A stretch of 64,000 bases of DNA from Eledone cirrhosa (lineage: Eukaryota). A program made the translations under genes and the position numbers. The stretch is from contig OZ024762.1 in assembly GCA_964016885.1 (NCBI GenBank), forward strand, positions 19,716,001 to 19,780,000. Direction: 5' to 3'. The notes beneath the pieces were generated by a model. It saw nothing but the letters and a program-made list of their open reading frames with translations, was not told the origin of the DNA and searched no databases. Shown piece after piece: positions 1 through 13,698 of this stretch; the stretch's first letter is position 1, and each line of letters opens with the position of its first letter.

Positions 1-3000
1 CCCTTTCTAACACCGACCACTTTACAGAGTGTACTGGGAGCATGGTTTCTACAGCTGGTTTCCCTTTCTAACACCAACCACTTTACAGAGTGTACTTGGA
101 GCATGGTTTCTACAGCTGGTTTCCCTTTCTAACACCAACCACTTTACAGAGTGTACTGGGAGCATGGTTTCTACAGCTGGTTGCCCTTTCTAACTCCAAC
201 CACTTTACAGAGTGTACTTGGAGCATGGTTTCTACAGCTGGTTTCCCTTTCTAACACCAACCACTTTACAGAGTGTACTTGGAGCATGGTTTCTACAGCT
301 GGTTGCCCTTTCTAACTCCAACCACTTTACAGAGTGTACTGGGAGCATGGTTTCTACAGCTGGTTGCCCTTTCTAACACCAACCACTTTACAGAGTGTAC
401 TTGGAGCATGGTTTCTACAGCTGGTTTCCCTTTCTAACACCGACCACTTTACAGAGTGTACTGGGAGCATGGTTTCTACAGCTGGTTTCCCTTTCTAACA
501 CCAACCACTTTACAGAGTGTACTGGGAGCATGGTTTCTACAGCTGGTTTCCCTTTCTAACACCGACCACTTTACAGAGTGTACTGGGAGCATGGTTTCTA
601 CAGCTGGTTGCCCTTTCTAACACCGACCACTTTACAGAGTGTACTGGGAGCATGGTTTCTACAGCTGGTTTCCCTTTCTAACACCGACCACTTTACAGAG
701 TGTACTGGGAGCATGGTTTCTACAGCTGGTTTCCCTTTCTAACACCGACCACTTTACAGAGTGTACTGGGAGCATGGTTTCTACAGCTGGTTTCCCTTTC
801 TAACACCGACCACTTTACAGAGTGTACTGGGAGCATGGTTTCTACAGCTGGTTTCCCTTTCTAACACCGACCACTTTACAGAGTGTACTGGGAGCATGGT
901 TTCTACAGCTGGTTGCCCTTTCTAACACCGACCACTTTACAGAGTGTACTGGGAGCATGGTTTCTACAGCTGGTTTCCCTTTCTAACACCGACCACTTTA
1001 CAGAGTGTACTGGGAGCATGGTTTCTACAGCTGGTTTCCCTTTCTAACACCGACCACTTTACAGAGTGTACTGGGAGCATGGTTTCTACAGCTGGTTTCC
1101 CTTTCTAACACCAACCACTTTACAGAGTGTACTGGGAGCATGGTTTCTACAGCTGGTTTCCCTTCCTAACTCCAACTACTTTACAGAGTGTACTGGGAGC
1201 ATGGTTTCTACAGCTGGTTGCCCTTTCTAACACCAACCACTTTACAGAGTGTACTTGGAGCATGGTTTCTACAGCTGGTTTCCCTTTCTAACACCAACCA
1301 CTTTACAGAGTGTACTTGGAGCATGGTTTCTACAGCTGGTTGCCCTTTCTAACACCAACTACTTTACAGAGTGTACTGGGAGCATGGTTTCTACAGCTGG
1401 TTGCCCTTCCTAACGCCAACCACTTTACAGAGTGTACTGGGAGCATGGTTTCTACAGCTGGTTGCCCTTTCTAACACCAACCACTTTACAGAGTGTACTG
1501 GGAGCATGGTTTCTACAGCTGGTTTCCCTTTCTAACTCCAACCACTTTACAGAGTGTACTGGGAGCATGGTTTCTACAGCTGGTTGCCCTTTCTAACACC
1601 AACCACTTTACAGAGTGTACTGGGAGCATGGTTTCTACAGCTGGTTGCCCTTTCTAACTCCAACCACTTTACAGAGTGTACTTGGAGCATGGTTTCTACA
1701 GCTGGTTGCCCTTTCTAACACCGACCACTTTACAGAGTGTACTGGGAGCATGGTTTCTACAGCTGGTTGCCCTTTCTAACACCGACCACTTTACAGAGTG
1801 TACTGGGAGCATGGTTTCTACAGCTGGTTGCCCTTTCTAACACCAACCACTTTACAGAGTGTACTGGGAGCATGGTTTCTACAGCTGGTTGCCCTTTCTA
1901 ACACCAACCACTTTACAGAGTGTACTGGGAGCATGGTTTCTACAGCTGGTTGCCCTTTCTAACACCAACCACTTTACAGAGTGTACTGGGAGCATGGTTT
2001 CTACAGCTGGTTGCCCTTCCTAACACCAACCACTTTACAGAGTGTACTTGGAGCATGGTTTCTACAGCTGGTTGCCCTTTCTAACACCAACCACTTTACA
2101 GAGTGTACTGGGAGCATGGTTTCTACAGCTGGTTGCCCTTCCTAACACCAACCACTTTACAGAGTGTACTGGGAGCATGGTTTCTACAGCTGGTTGCCCT
2201 TTCTAACTCCAACCACTTTACAGAGTGTACTGGGAGCATGGTTTCTACAGCTGGTTGCCCTTTCTAACACCAACCACTTTACAGAGTGTACTGGGAGCAT
2301 GGTTTCTACAGCTGGTTGCCCTTCCTAACACCAACCACTTTACAGAGTGTACTTGGAGCATGGTTTCTACAGCTGGTTGCCCTTTCTAACACCAACCACT
2401 TTACAGAGTGTACTGGGAGCATGGTTTCTACAGCTGGTTGCCCTTCCTAACACCAACCACTTTACAGAGTGTACTGGGAGCATGGTTTCTACAGCTGGTT
2501 GCCCTTTCTAACTCCAACCACTTTACAGAGTGTACTGGGAGCATGGTTTCTACAGCTGGTTGCCCTTTCTAACACCAACCACTTTACAGAGTGTACTGGG
2601 AGCATGGTTTCTACAGCTGGTTTCCCTTTCTAACACCAACCACTTTACAGAGTGTACTGGGAGCATGGTTTCTACAGCTGGTTGCCCTTTCTAACACCAA
2701 CCACTTTACAGAGTGTACTGGGAGCATGGTTTCTACAGCTGGTTGCCCTTCCTAACACCGACCACTTTACAGAGTGTACTGGGAGCATGGTTTCTACAGC
2801 TGGTTTCCCTTTCTAACTCCAACCACTTTACAGAGTGTACTGGGAGCATGGTTTCTACAGCAGGTTGCCCTTCCTAACTCCAACCACTTTACAGAGTGTA
2901 CTTGGAGCATGGTTTCTACAGCTGGTTGCCCTTCCTAACACCAACCACTTTACAGAGTGTACTGGGAGCATGGTTTCTACAGCTGGTTTCCCTTTCTAAC

Positions 3001-6000
3001 ACCAACCACTTTACAGAGTGTACTGGGAGCATGGTTTCTACAGCTGGTTGCCCTTTCTAACTCCAACCACTTTACAGAGTGTACTTGGAGCATGGTTTCT
3101 ACAGCAGGTTGCCCTTCCTAACACCAACCACTTTACAGAGTGTACTGGGAGCATGGTTTCTACAGCTGGTTTCCCTTTCTAACACCAACCACTTTACAGA
3201 GTGTACTGGGAGCATGGTTTCTACAGCTGGTTGCCCTTTCTAACTCCAACCACTTTACAGAGTGTACTTGGAGCATGGTTTCTACAGCAGGTTGCCCTTC
3301 CTAACACCAACCACTTTACAGAGTGTACTGGGAGCATGGTTTCTACAGCTGGTTGCCCTTCCTAACACCAACCACTTTACAGAGTGTACTTGGAGCATGG
3401 TTTCTACAGCTGGTTGCCCTTCCTAACACCAACCACTTTACAGAGTGTACTGGGAGCATGGTTTCTACAGCTGGTTGCCCTTCCTAACACCAACCACTTT
3501 ACAGAGTGTACTTGGAGCATGGTTTCTACAGCTGGTTGCCCTTCCTAACACCAACCACTTTACAGAGTGTACTGGGAGCATGGTTTCTACAGCTGGTTGC
3601 CCTTCCTAACACCAACCACTTTACAGAGTGTACTGGGAGCATGGTTTCTACAGCTGGTTTCCCTTCCTAACACCAACCACTTTACAGAGTGTACTGGGAG
3701 CATGGTTTCTACAGCTGGTTGCCCTTCCTAACACCAACCACTTTACAGAGTGTACTTGGAGCATGGTTTCTACAGCTGGTTGCCCTTTCTAACTCCAACC
3801 ACTTTACAGAGTGTACTGGGAGCATGGTTTCTACAGCTGGTTGCCCTTCCTAACACCAACCACTTTACAGAGTGTACTGGGAGCATGGTTTCTACAGCTG
3901 GTTGCCCTTCCTAACACCAACCACTTTACAGAGTGTACTGGGAGCATGGTTTCTACAGCTGGTTGCCCTTCCTAACACCAACCACTTTACAGAGTGTACT
4001 GGGAGCATGGTTTCTACAGCTGGTTGCCCTTCCTAACACCAACCACTTTACAGAGTGTACTGGGAGCATGGTTTCTACAGCTGGTTTCCCTTCCTAACAC
4101 CAACCACTTTACAGAGTGTACTGGGAGCATGGTTTCTACAGCTGGTTGCCCTTTCTAACACCAACCACTTTACAGAGTGTACTGGGAGCATGGTTTCTAC
4201 AGCTGGTTGCCCTTTCTAACACTGACCACTTTACAGAGTGTACTGGGAGCATGGTTTCTACAGCTGGTTTCCCTTTCTAACACCGACCACTTTACAGAGT
4301 GTACTGGGAGCATGGTTTCTACAGCTGGTTTCCCTTTCTAACACCAACCACTTTACAGAGTGTACTTGGAGCATGGTTTCTACAGCTGGTTTCCCTTTCT
4401 AACACCAACCACTTTACAGAGTGTACTGGGAGCATGGTTTCTACAGCTGGTTGCCCTTTCTAACTCCAACCACTTTACAGAGTGTACTTGGAGCATGGTT
4501 TCTACAGCTGGTTTCCCTTTCTAACACCAACCACTTTACAGAGTGTACTTGGAGCATGGTTTCTACAGCTGGTTGCCCTTTCTAACTCCAACCACTTTAC
4601 AGAGTGTACTGGGAGCATGGTTTCTACAGCTGGTTGCCCTTTCTAACACCAACCACTTTACAGAGTGTACTTGGAGCATGGTTTCTACAGCTGGTTTCCC
4701 TTTCTAACACCGACCACTTTACAGAGTGTACTGGGAGCATGGTTTCTACAGCTGGTTTCCCTTTCTAACACCAACCACTTTACAGAGTGTACTGGGAGCA
4801 TGGTTTCTACAGCTGGTTTCCCTTTCTAACACCGACCACTTTACAGAGTGTACTGGGAGCATGGTTTCTACAGCTGGTTGCCCTTTCTAACACCGACCAC
4901 TTTACAGAGTGTACTGGGAGCATGGTTTCTACAGCTGGTTTCCCTTTCTAACACCGACCACTTTACAGAGTGTACTGGGAGCATGGTTTCTACAGCTGGT
5001 TTCCCTTTCTAACACCGACCACTTTACAGAGTGTACTGGGAGCATGGTTTCTACAGCTGGTTTCCCTTTCTAACACCGACCACTTTACAGAGTGTACTGG
5101 GAGCATGGTTTCTACAGCTGGTTTCCCTTTCTAACACCGACCACTTTACAGAGTGTACTGGGAGCATGGTTTCTACAGCTGGTTGCCCTTTCTAACACCG
5201 ACCACTTTACAGAGTGTACTGGGAGCATGGTTTCTACAGCTGGTTTCCCTTTCTAACACCGACCACTTTACAGAGTGTACTGGGAGCATGGTTTCTACAG
5301 CTGGTTTCCCTTTCTAACACCGACCACTTTACAGAGTGTACTGGGAGCATGGTTTCTACAGCTGGTTTCCCTTTCTAACACCAACCACTTTACAGAGTGT
5401 ACTGGGAGCATGGTTTCTACAGCTGGTTTCCCTTCCTAACTCCAACTACTTTACAGAGTGTACTGGGAGCATGGTTTCTACAGCTGGTTGCCCTTTCTAA
5501 CACCAACCACTTTACAGAGTGTACTTGGAGCATGGTTTCTACAGCTGGTTTCCCTTTCTAACACCAACCACTTTACAGAGTGTACTTGGAGCATGGTTTC
5601 TACAGCTGGTTGCCCTTTCTAACACCAACTACTTTACAGAGTGTACTGGGAGCATGGTTTCTACAGCTGGTTGCCCTTCCTAACGCCAACCACTTTACAG
5701 AGTGTACTGGGAGCATGGTTTCTACAGCTGGTTGCCCTTTCTAACACCAACCACTTTACAGAGTGTACTGGGAGCATGGTTTCTACAGCTGGTTTCCCTT
5801 TCTAACTCCAACCACTTTACAGAGTGTACTGGGAGCATGGTTTCTACAGCTGGTTGCCCTTTCTAACACCAACCACTTTACAGAGTGTACTGGGAGCATG
5901 GTTTCTACAGCTGGTTGCCCTTTCTAACTCCAACCACTTTACAGAGTGTACTTGGAGCATGGTTTCTACAGCTGGTTGCCCTTTCTAACACCGACCACTT

Positions 6001-8957
6001 TACAGAGTGTACTGGGAGCATGGTTTCTACAGCTGGTTGCCCTTTCTAACACCGACCACTTTACAGAGTGTACTGGGAGCATGGTTTCTACAGCTGGTTG
6101 CCCTTTCTAACACCAACCACTTTACAGAGTGTACTGGGAGCATGGTTTCTACAGCTGGTTGCCCTTTCTAACACCAACCACTTTACAGAGTGTACTGGGA
6201 GCATGGTTTCTACAGCTGGTTGCCCTTTCTAACACCAACCACTTTACAGAGTGTACTGGGAGCATGGTTTCTACAGCTGGTTGCCCTTCCTAACACCAAC
6301 CACTTTACAGAGTGTACTTGGAGCATGGTTTCTACAGCTGGTTGCCCTTTCTAACACCAACCACTTTACAGAGTGTACTGGGAGCATGGTTTCTACAGCT
6401 GGTTGCCCTTCCTAACACCAACCACTTTACAGAGTGTACTGGGAGCATGGTTTCTACAGCTGGTTGCCCTTTCTAACTCCAACCACTTTACAGAGTGTAC
6501 TGGGAGCATGGTTTCTACAGCTGGTTGCCCTTTCTAACACCAACCACTTTACAGAGTGTACTGGGAGCATGGTTTCTACAGCTGGTTGCCCTTCCTAACA
6601 CCAACCACTTTACAGAGTGTACTTGGAGCATGGTTTCTACAGCTGGTTGCCCTTTCTAACACCAACCACTTTACAGAGTGTACTGGGAGCATGGTTTCTA
6701 CAGCTGGTTGCCCTTCCTAACACCAACCACTTTACAGAGTGTACTGGGAGCATGGTTTCTACAGCTGGTTGCCCTTTCTAACTCCAACCACTTTACAGAG
6801 TGTACTGGGAGCATGGTTTCTACAGCTGGTTGCCCTTTCTAACACCAACCACTTTACAGAGTGTACTTGGAGCATGGTTTCTACAGCTGGTTGCCCTTTC
6901 TAACACCAACCACTTTACAGAGTGTACTGGGAGCATGGTTTCTACAGCTGGTTGCCCTTTCTAACACTGACCACTTTACAGAGTGTACTGGGAGCATGGT
7001 TTCTACAGCTGGTTGCCCTTTCTAACTCCAACCACTTTACAGAGTGTACTGGGAGCATGGTTTCTACAGCTGGTTTCCCTTTCTAACACCGACCACTTTA
7101 CAGAGTGTACTGGGAGCATGGTTTCTACAGCTGGTTTCCCTTTCTAACACCGACCACTTTACAGAGTGTACTGGGAGCATGGTTTCTACAGCTGGTTGCC
7201 CTTTCTAACACCAACCACTTTACAGAGTGTACTGGGAGCATGGTTTCTACAGCTGGTTTCCCTTTCTAACACCGACCACTTTACAGAGTGTACTGGGAGC
7301 ATGGTTTCTACAGCTGGTTGCCCTTTCTAACACCAACCACTTTACAGAGTGTACTGGGAGCATGGTTTCTACAGCTGGTTGCCCTTTCTAACACTGACCA
7401 CTTTACAGAGTGTACTGGGAGCATGGTTTCTACAGCTGGTTGCCCTTTCTAACTCCAACCACTTTACAGAGTGTACTGGGAGCATGGTTTCTACAGCTGG
7501 TTGCCCTTTCTAACACCGACCACTTTACAGAGTGTACTGGGAGCATGGTTTCTACAGCTGGTTTCCCTTTCTAACACCGACCACTTTACAGAGTGTACTG
7601 GGAGCATGGTTTCTACAGCTGGTTGCCCTTTCTAACACCAACCACTTTACAGAGTGTACTGGGAGCATGGTTTCTACAGCTGGTTGCCCTTTCTAACACT
7701 GACCACTTTACAGAGTGTACTGGGAGCATGGTTTCTACAGCTGGTTGCCCTTTCTAACTCCAACCACTTTACAGAGTGTACTGGGAGCATGGTTTCTACA
7801 GCTGGTTTCCCTTTCTAACACCGACCACTTTACAGAGTGTACTGGGAGCATGGTTTCTACAGCTGGTTTCCCTTTCTAACACCAACCACTTTACAGAGTG
7901 TACTGGGAGCATGGTTTCTACAGCTGGTTGCCCTTTCTAACACCAACCACTTTACAGAGTGTACTGGGAGCATGGTTTCTACAGCTGGTTTCCCTTTCTA
8001 ACACCAACCACTTTACAGAGTGTACTGGGAGCATGGTTTCTACAGCTGGTTGCCCTTTCTAACACCGACCACTTTACAGAGTGTACTGGGAGCATGGTTT
8101 CTACAGCTGGTTGCCCTTTCTAACACCAACCACTTTACAGAGTGTACTGGGAGCATGGTTTCTACAGCTGGTTGCCCTTCCTAACGCCAACCAATTTACA
8201 GAGTGTACTGGGAGCATGGTTTCTACAGCTGGTTGCCCTTTCTAACACCAACCACTTTACAGAGTGTACTGGGAGCATGGTTTCTACAGCTGGTTGCCCT
8301 TTCTAACACCGACCACTTTACAGAGTGTACTTGGAGCATGGTTTCTACAGCGGGTTGCCCTTCCTAACTCCAACCACTTTACAGAGTGTACTGGGAGCAT
8401 GGTTTCTACAGCTGGTTGCCCTTCCTAACTCCAACCACTTTACAGAGTGTACTGGGAGCATGGTTTCTACAGCTGGTTGCCCTTTCTAACACCGACCACT
8501 TTACAGAGTGTACTGGGAGCATGGTTTCTACAGCTGGTTGCCCTTTCTAACACCGACCACTTTACAGAGTGTACTGGGAGCATGGTTTCTACAGCTGGTT
8601 GCCCTTCCTAACGCCAACCAATTTACAGAGTGTACTGGGAGCATGGTTTCTACAGCTGGTTGCCCTTTCTAACACCGACCACTTTACAGAGTGTACTGGG
8701 AGCATGGTTTCTACAGCTGGTTGCCCTTTCTAACACCGACCACTTTACAGAGTGTACTGGGAGCATGGTTTCTACAGCTGGTTGCCCTTTCTAACACCGA
8801 CCACTTTACAGAGTGTACTGGGAGCATGGTTTCTACAGCTGGTTGCCCTTTCTAACACCGACCACTTTACAGAGTGTACTGGGAGCATGGTTTCTACAGC
8901 GGGTTGCCCTTCCTAACGCCAACCACTTTACAGAGTGTACTGGGAGCATGGTTTCTA
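1..8957. repeat. 61-bp tandem satellite (~147 copies, runs off window start), SINE-derived
   Basis: Unit CCCTTTCTAACACCRACCACTTTACAGAGTGTACTGGGAGCATGGTTTCTACAGCTGGTTK recurs at 1, 62, 123...; resembles the reverse strand of SINE-A (TTTCTACAGCTGGATGCCCTTCCTAACACCAACC...TTTACAG). Confidence 0.97.
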
Positions 8958-9004
8958 TGTACTCCTATTACATTATCTATAAAAAACAATAACAACAATA
9001 TTAA

Positions 9005-9435
9005 TAATTTTTTTTTACTTTAGGTACAAGACCACTAATTTGAAGGGGAGGGAGGGGAAAGTAGATTAAATAGACCCCAGTGAATTACTGGTGCTTTATT
9101 TATCAATCCCATAAGGATGAACATCAGAGCAAACCTTTGGCGGGATTTGAAATCAGAACATAAGGGGCTGTAACTCTATGCCTAAAAGCATGGCGTCCGA
9201 CACTCCACCGATACTGCCAATCCACCACCACCCTTGATAATAATAGATGTTTCTACTTTAGGCACAAGGCCTGCAGTTACCCCAGTGTATTACTGGTACG
9301 TTATTTTATCGACTCCCATGCGAATGAAAGGCGCAGTTAAACTTGGCGGGATTTGAACTCAGAAAGTAAAGGGCCATAACTCTAAGCTGCAAAGCAAGTC
9401 ATCCGATGCTCTACCGATACTGCCAACCCATCACC
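9005..9435 (-). mobile_element. Two tandem degenerate SINE-B copies
   Basis: Reverse complement of GGCGGTGAATTGGCAG...GAGTTCAAATCCCGCC (B box)...GCCTTTCATCC...GTCGATAAAATAAAGTACCAG consensus. Confidence 0.8.
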
Positions 9436-9661
9436 CTTAATATTAGCAATCTATATATAATATAAATGAAGGATGTTTATTGGTTGGTTGGCTGGTTGAA
9501 TCACACAAAAACCATACACACACACACACATCTATCTAAAGAGAGCGAAACACAGGGATAGGCAGAAAGAGATAGGCCGTTACACAGAGAGAGATACAAT
9601 TAAAGTGTTAAATATTCAGAGAGAGAGAATGACGTCCCACAAAAGTCTAGAAACAGCTTAA

Positions 9662-9877
9662 CCCTTTATCATTCACATTACTCTATATATACTATTATAT
9701 GTTCATGGTAAAAGACCTTGCATAATTATCTCACATAATATCGAATTTATGAGATTTTGAAAGTATTTATTTTGAGAACAATACCTTAACATCAGTTTGA
9801 GCGACTAGTTACAGCCAGTTTCAACAGAAAGTGGTAGAGAATTCTGGCTGGTTTTGGCCGGTTTGAACAATAAAGGG
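9662..9877 (+). mobile_element. piggyBac-type MITE (family P)
   Basis: TTAA|CCCTTTA...TAAAGGG|TTAA; body matches 53410-53619. Confidence 0.85.
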
Positions 9878-10374
9878 TTAAACTAAAGATCAAAGTATAT
9901 CAGTTGAAGGTTTAACAATATTACGTTAGCTTTTATAAAGTAGTTTTACAGTCTTTGATTTTACAGAACAAAGAAAAATTGATACTATTTGAAATGAATC
10001 TACTCTCCAGCTTTTATCCATATACTACTTACAGTCCATACTAACGAAGCTAAACACTTCAGAAGCAATGTTATGAGGTATATTGCTGTGTTTCAGATGA
10101 CGTCCTTTAGAGCTGAAAAAGATCGTACTGACTATGGTTATTTCACATTTAAAATCCAAGGCCAATGCTACCATTTAATCAGCAGTTTACTCCCCCAGCC
10201 TAATAAGGAAGTTTTATGATTGTTTTTTTCTTTTTTGTCTCTCTCACATACACGCACACATTACGGTGTCACCTCATACCAGACAACACATCCAATACAG
10301 GCATTTTCTCTTTTATCCATCTTCTCTTCACTGTTCCCCTGGGCAAAGCCGGGTACCTCAGCTAGTGATGTATA

Positions 10375-10565
10375 ATCTAGGCACAAGGCCAGCAATTTAT
10401 GGGGAGGAGAAAGTTGATTATATTAACCCCAAGTATGTGTCCCATACTTTATTATATTGACCCCAGAAGGATGAATGGCAAAGTTGACCTGAGCAGAATT
10501 TGAACTCACAAAGTATAGGGCTGTAACTATATGTCACAAAGCCTTAAATTTGACACTCTACCGAC
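10375..10565 (-). mobile_element. SINE-B copy (degenerate)
   Basis: GGCACAAGGCCAGCAATT...GGATGAATGGCAAAGTTGACC...TTTGAACTC. Confidence 0.7.
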
Positions 10566-10696
10566 TCTATTATACTGTTAATTTTAATAATTAATAACAA
10601 CAAGAATATTAATAATAAATGTTACTGCAAAATTTGAGTTTTAAAAGATGTAAAATAAGATAAACATTTGATTGTATATTAAAACACCAAACAACT

Positions 10697-10729
10697 ATAT
10701 ATGTGTGTATATATATATATGTGTGTGTG

Positions 10730-10768
<39 letters not shown>

Positions 10769-10910
10769 GTGTATATATGTGCGTGTTTGTGTATATACAT
10801 ATATATGAGTGTACACACACACACACATGTGTGTGTGCACACATATGTATACAAACGTACATACATACACATACCCATATATATATGTCTGTGTGTGTCT
10901 ATGTATACCC

Positions 10911-10945
<35 letters not shown>
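10697..10945. repeat. Compound (TA)/(TG)/(CA) microsatellite
   Basis: Dinucleotide runs; YI/CV/HT pseudo-ORFs. Confidence 0.95.
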
Positions 10946-10947
<2 letters not shown>

Positions 10948-11085
10948 AGTAGAAGGGATATTCAATTTGTTGGTAATTCAACAAATATAAATGTTTATAA
11001 CTGATTCAAAGCACTCAACAGTTTTCTGGAGTAAATATTCAATGATATTAAATAAATGGAAACTATATTTATAAAACCATATTTA

Positions 11086-11143
11086 TTCTATTATATATAT
11101 TTCAAGGGTACCAAAAACTTTGGTACGCTCTCATCAGATAAAA
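11086..11143 (-). ncRNA. Minimal type I hammerhead ribozyme motif (HHR-1)
   Basis: Minus strand TTTTAT-CTGATGA-GAGCGTACCAAA gtt TTTGGTACCCTT-GAA-AT ATAT AT-A-ATAGAA; stems I/II/III and AUA site present. Confidence 0.8.
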
Positions 11144-11227
11144 AATACAAAGTGTGTTTTATAAAATTTTGACATAACCAAGGAACATACCTTATCAGTT
11201 GAAGTATTTCTTGGATATATATATATA

Positions 11228-11550
11228 TTCATTCATTTCATTTTACGTCCGCTTTTCCCTGCTTGCAAGGGTGGGACGGGAACTGATTCTGGCTTGATTT
11301 CTACAGCTGGATGCCCTTCCTAACACCAACCTCATCTTACAGTGAGTGCTGGGTGCTTTTTTGCTGTGGCGCCTACACGTCCACTTTGCAGTGGAATGAT
11401 AGGGACCCCAGTCCCTATCATTTCATTTCTACAGCTGAGTAAACTGGAGCAATGTGAAATAAAGTGTCTTGCTCAAGGAAACAACTCATCACCCGGTCTG
11501 AGAATTGAACTCACAACCTTTCGATTGCAAGGCCAATGCTCTAACCACTA
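11228..11550 (-). mobile_element. SINE-A (tRNA head, CORE-like middle, RTE tail)
   Basis: Near-identical to other SINE-A copies. Confidence 0.92.
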
Positions 11551-11655
11551 TAATTATATATATATGTATAGTTATATGTATATAGTTATCATCATCATCA
11601 TCATCATCGTTTAACGTCCATCTTCCACGCTTGCATAGTTATATATATATATATA

Positions 11656-11724
<69 letters not shown>

Positions 11725-11820
11725 TTATATATAATTATATATCATCATCATCATCATTTGACGTCCGCTTTTCCCAGCTTGCAAAGGTGAGATGATATAT
11801 ATTATTTAAAATATTAACAA

Positions 11821-12120
11821 ATGAAAAATATTCGCATAATCAAAATATATGCTTTATTATATATATTTCAAAGGTACTGGAATTGTATAATCAAGCTCGT
11901 AGCGGTATGTCATATATCAAATCATATATTTTATAAGACGTACCTGAAAAAAAACAACACAGTACCTTTGAAATATATATAATAAAGCATATATTTTGAT
12001 TATGAGAATATCTTTCATAAAATATAAAAAATTCCAGGAAAACCTGCTGTTAAGTGCTTTTAATCTATTGTAAAATCATATTCATTGATTAATCAACGAA
12101 CCATATTAATCTTTGGTTAT
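11821..12120. repeat. Fold-back element (arms ~11821-11879 / 11960-12018) of the HHR-1 family, with the 3' half of the ribozyme
   Basis: Both arms contain GTACCTTTGAAATATATATAATAAAG; 12030-12065 resembles reverse complement of 11008-11032. Confidence 0.7.
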
Positions 12121-12134
12121 AATTATATATATAG

Positions 12135-12473
<339 letters not shown>

Positions 12474-12697
12474 CGTCATTCCAGTTTGTAGAAATAAAAT
12501 ATATCCAATAAAATATCAAATATAAATGAAAGATATGATAATACTTTACATTGGGTTTACTCCCCCCTCTCTGCCTCTCACTCATCTCCCCTCCTCCTTC
12601 TGTCTCTCATATCTCTCTCTCTATATATATATATCCCCCTCTATAAATATCTATTTGTCTATTTCTATTTAAGTATCTCTCTATCTCTCTCTCTATA

Positions 12698-12753
<56 letters not shown>

Positions 12754-12762
<9 letters not shown>

Positions 12763-13200
12763 TAAAAAAATAATGAATAAAACAAAGAAACAGTTCCTTA
12801 TATTAAACAAAAAAAGTTCATTATTTAACGATCGTTTCTAGGACGTATATGTGTTAGAATTGGCATTATTTCTGAAGACAGCATATATATGTGATGGTAT
12901 GTATATTCTCCTTGATAGTTTGTATAATTTTGTACATAGATCTGTTGAATATGCATGCCAATTCTAACACATATATGTCCTAGAAACGATCGTTAAATAA
13001 TGAACTTTTTTTGTTTAATATAAGGAACTGTTTCTTTGTTTTATTCATTATTTTTTTAATATTTTATCTTGACTCTGTATTCCGTTTATCTTTCACTGAA
13101 AGTGATTTTTGAATGCATCTCTTCTTTCCATGATATCCGGATTACATTGAGTTCTTCATATGGATTGGACACTACCGTAAACTCTTGGTAGATTTATCTA
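12754..13200. mobile_element. Fold-back PLE-like element (113-bp arms 12754-12866 / 12955-13067)
   Basis: Near-perfect inverted repeat flanked by (TA)n; contains HHR-2. Confidence 0.75.
12865..13001 (+). ncRNA. Type I hammerhead motif with ~100-nt extended stem II (HHR-2)
   Basis: ATTATTT-CTGAAGA-[long hairpin 12879-12982]-GAA-AC GATC GT-T-AAATAAT; 7-bp stem I, palindromic loop III. Confidence 0.7.
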
Positions 13201-13241
13201 CATATATATATATACATATTTTATATATATATATAAAATAT

Positions 13242-13585
13242 GGAGGCACATGGTTTAGTGGTTAGAGCATTGGCCTTGCAATCGAAAGGTTGTGAGTTCA
13301 ATTCTCAGACCGGGTGATGTGTTGTTTCCTTGAGCAAGACACTTTATTTCACATTGCTCCAGTTTACTCAGCTGTAGAAATGAGATGATAGGGACTGGGG
13401 TCCCTATCATTCCACTGTGAAGTACACGTGTAGGGGCCACGGAATTAAAAAGCACCCAGTACTCACTGTAAATGAGGTTGGTGTTAGGAAGGGCATCCAG
13501 CTGTAGAAATCAAGCCTGAATCAGTTCCCGTCCCACCCTTGCAAGCAGAGAAAAGTGGACGTAAAATGAAATGAAATGAAATGAA
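13242..13585 (+). mobile_element. SINE-A full length
   Basis: A box TGGTTTAGTGG, B box GAGTTCAATTC, CCTTGAGCAAGACACTT core, (TGAAA)n tail. Confidence 0.93.
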
Positions 13586-13663
13586 TATGTATATATAGTA
13601 TGATGATTTCTCTCAAATGAAACAGTTCTATTCCTGTAGAAGCCATTTCTATATTAAATATAT

Positions 13664-13698
<35 letters not shown>

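Noticed and set aside
10095-10135. CAGATGA...GAAAAAGATCGTA HHR-like string
   Set aside because: Core mutated and stems unconvincing.
11342-11614. Recurrent peptide SGMIGTPVPIISFLQLSKLEQCEIKCLAQG
   Set aside because: Antisense translation of SINE-A, not a gene family.
13242-13315. tRNA gene
   Set aside because: tRNA-derived SINE head with A/B boxes that runs into the SINE body; no complete cloverleaf seen.
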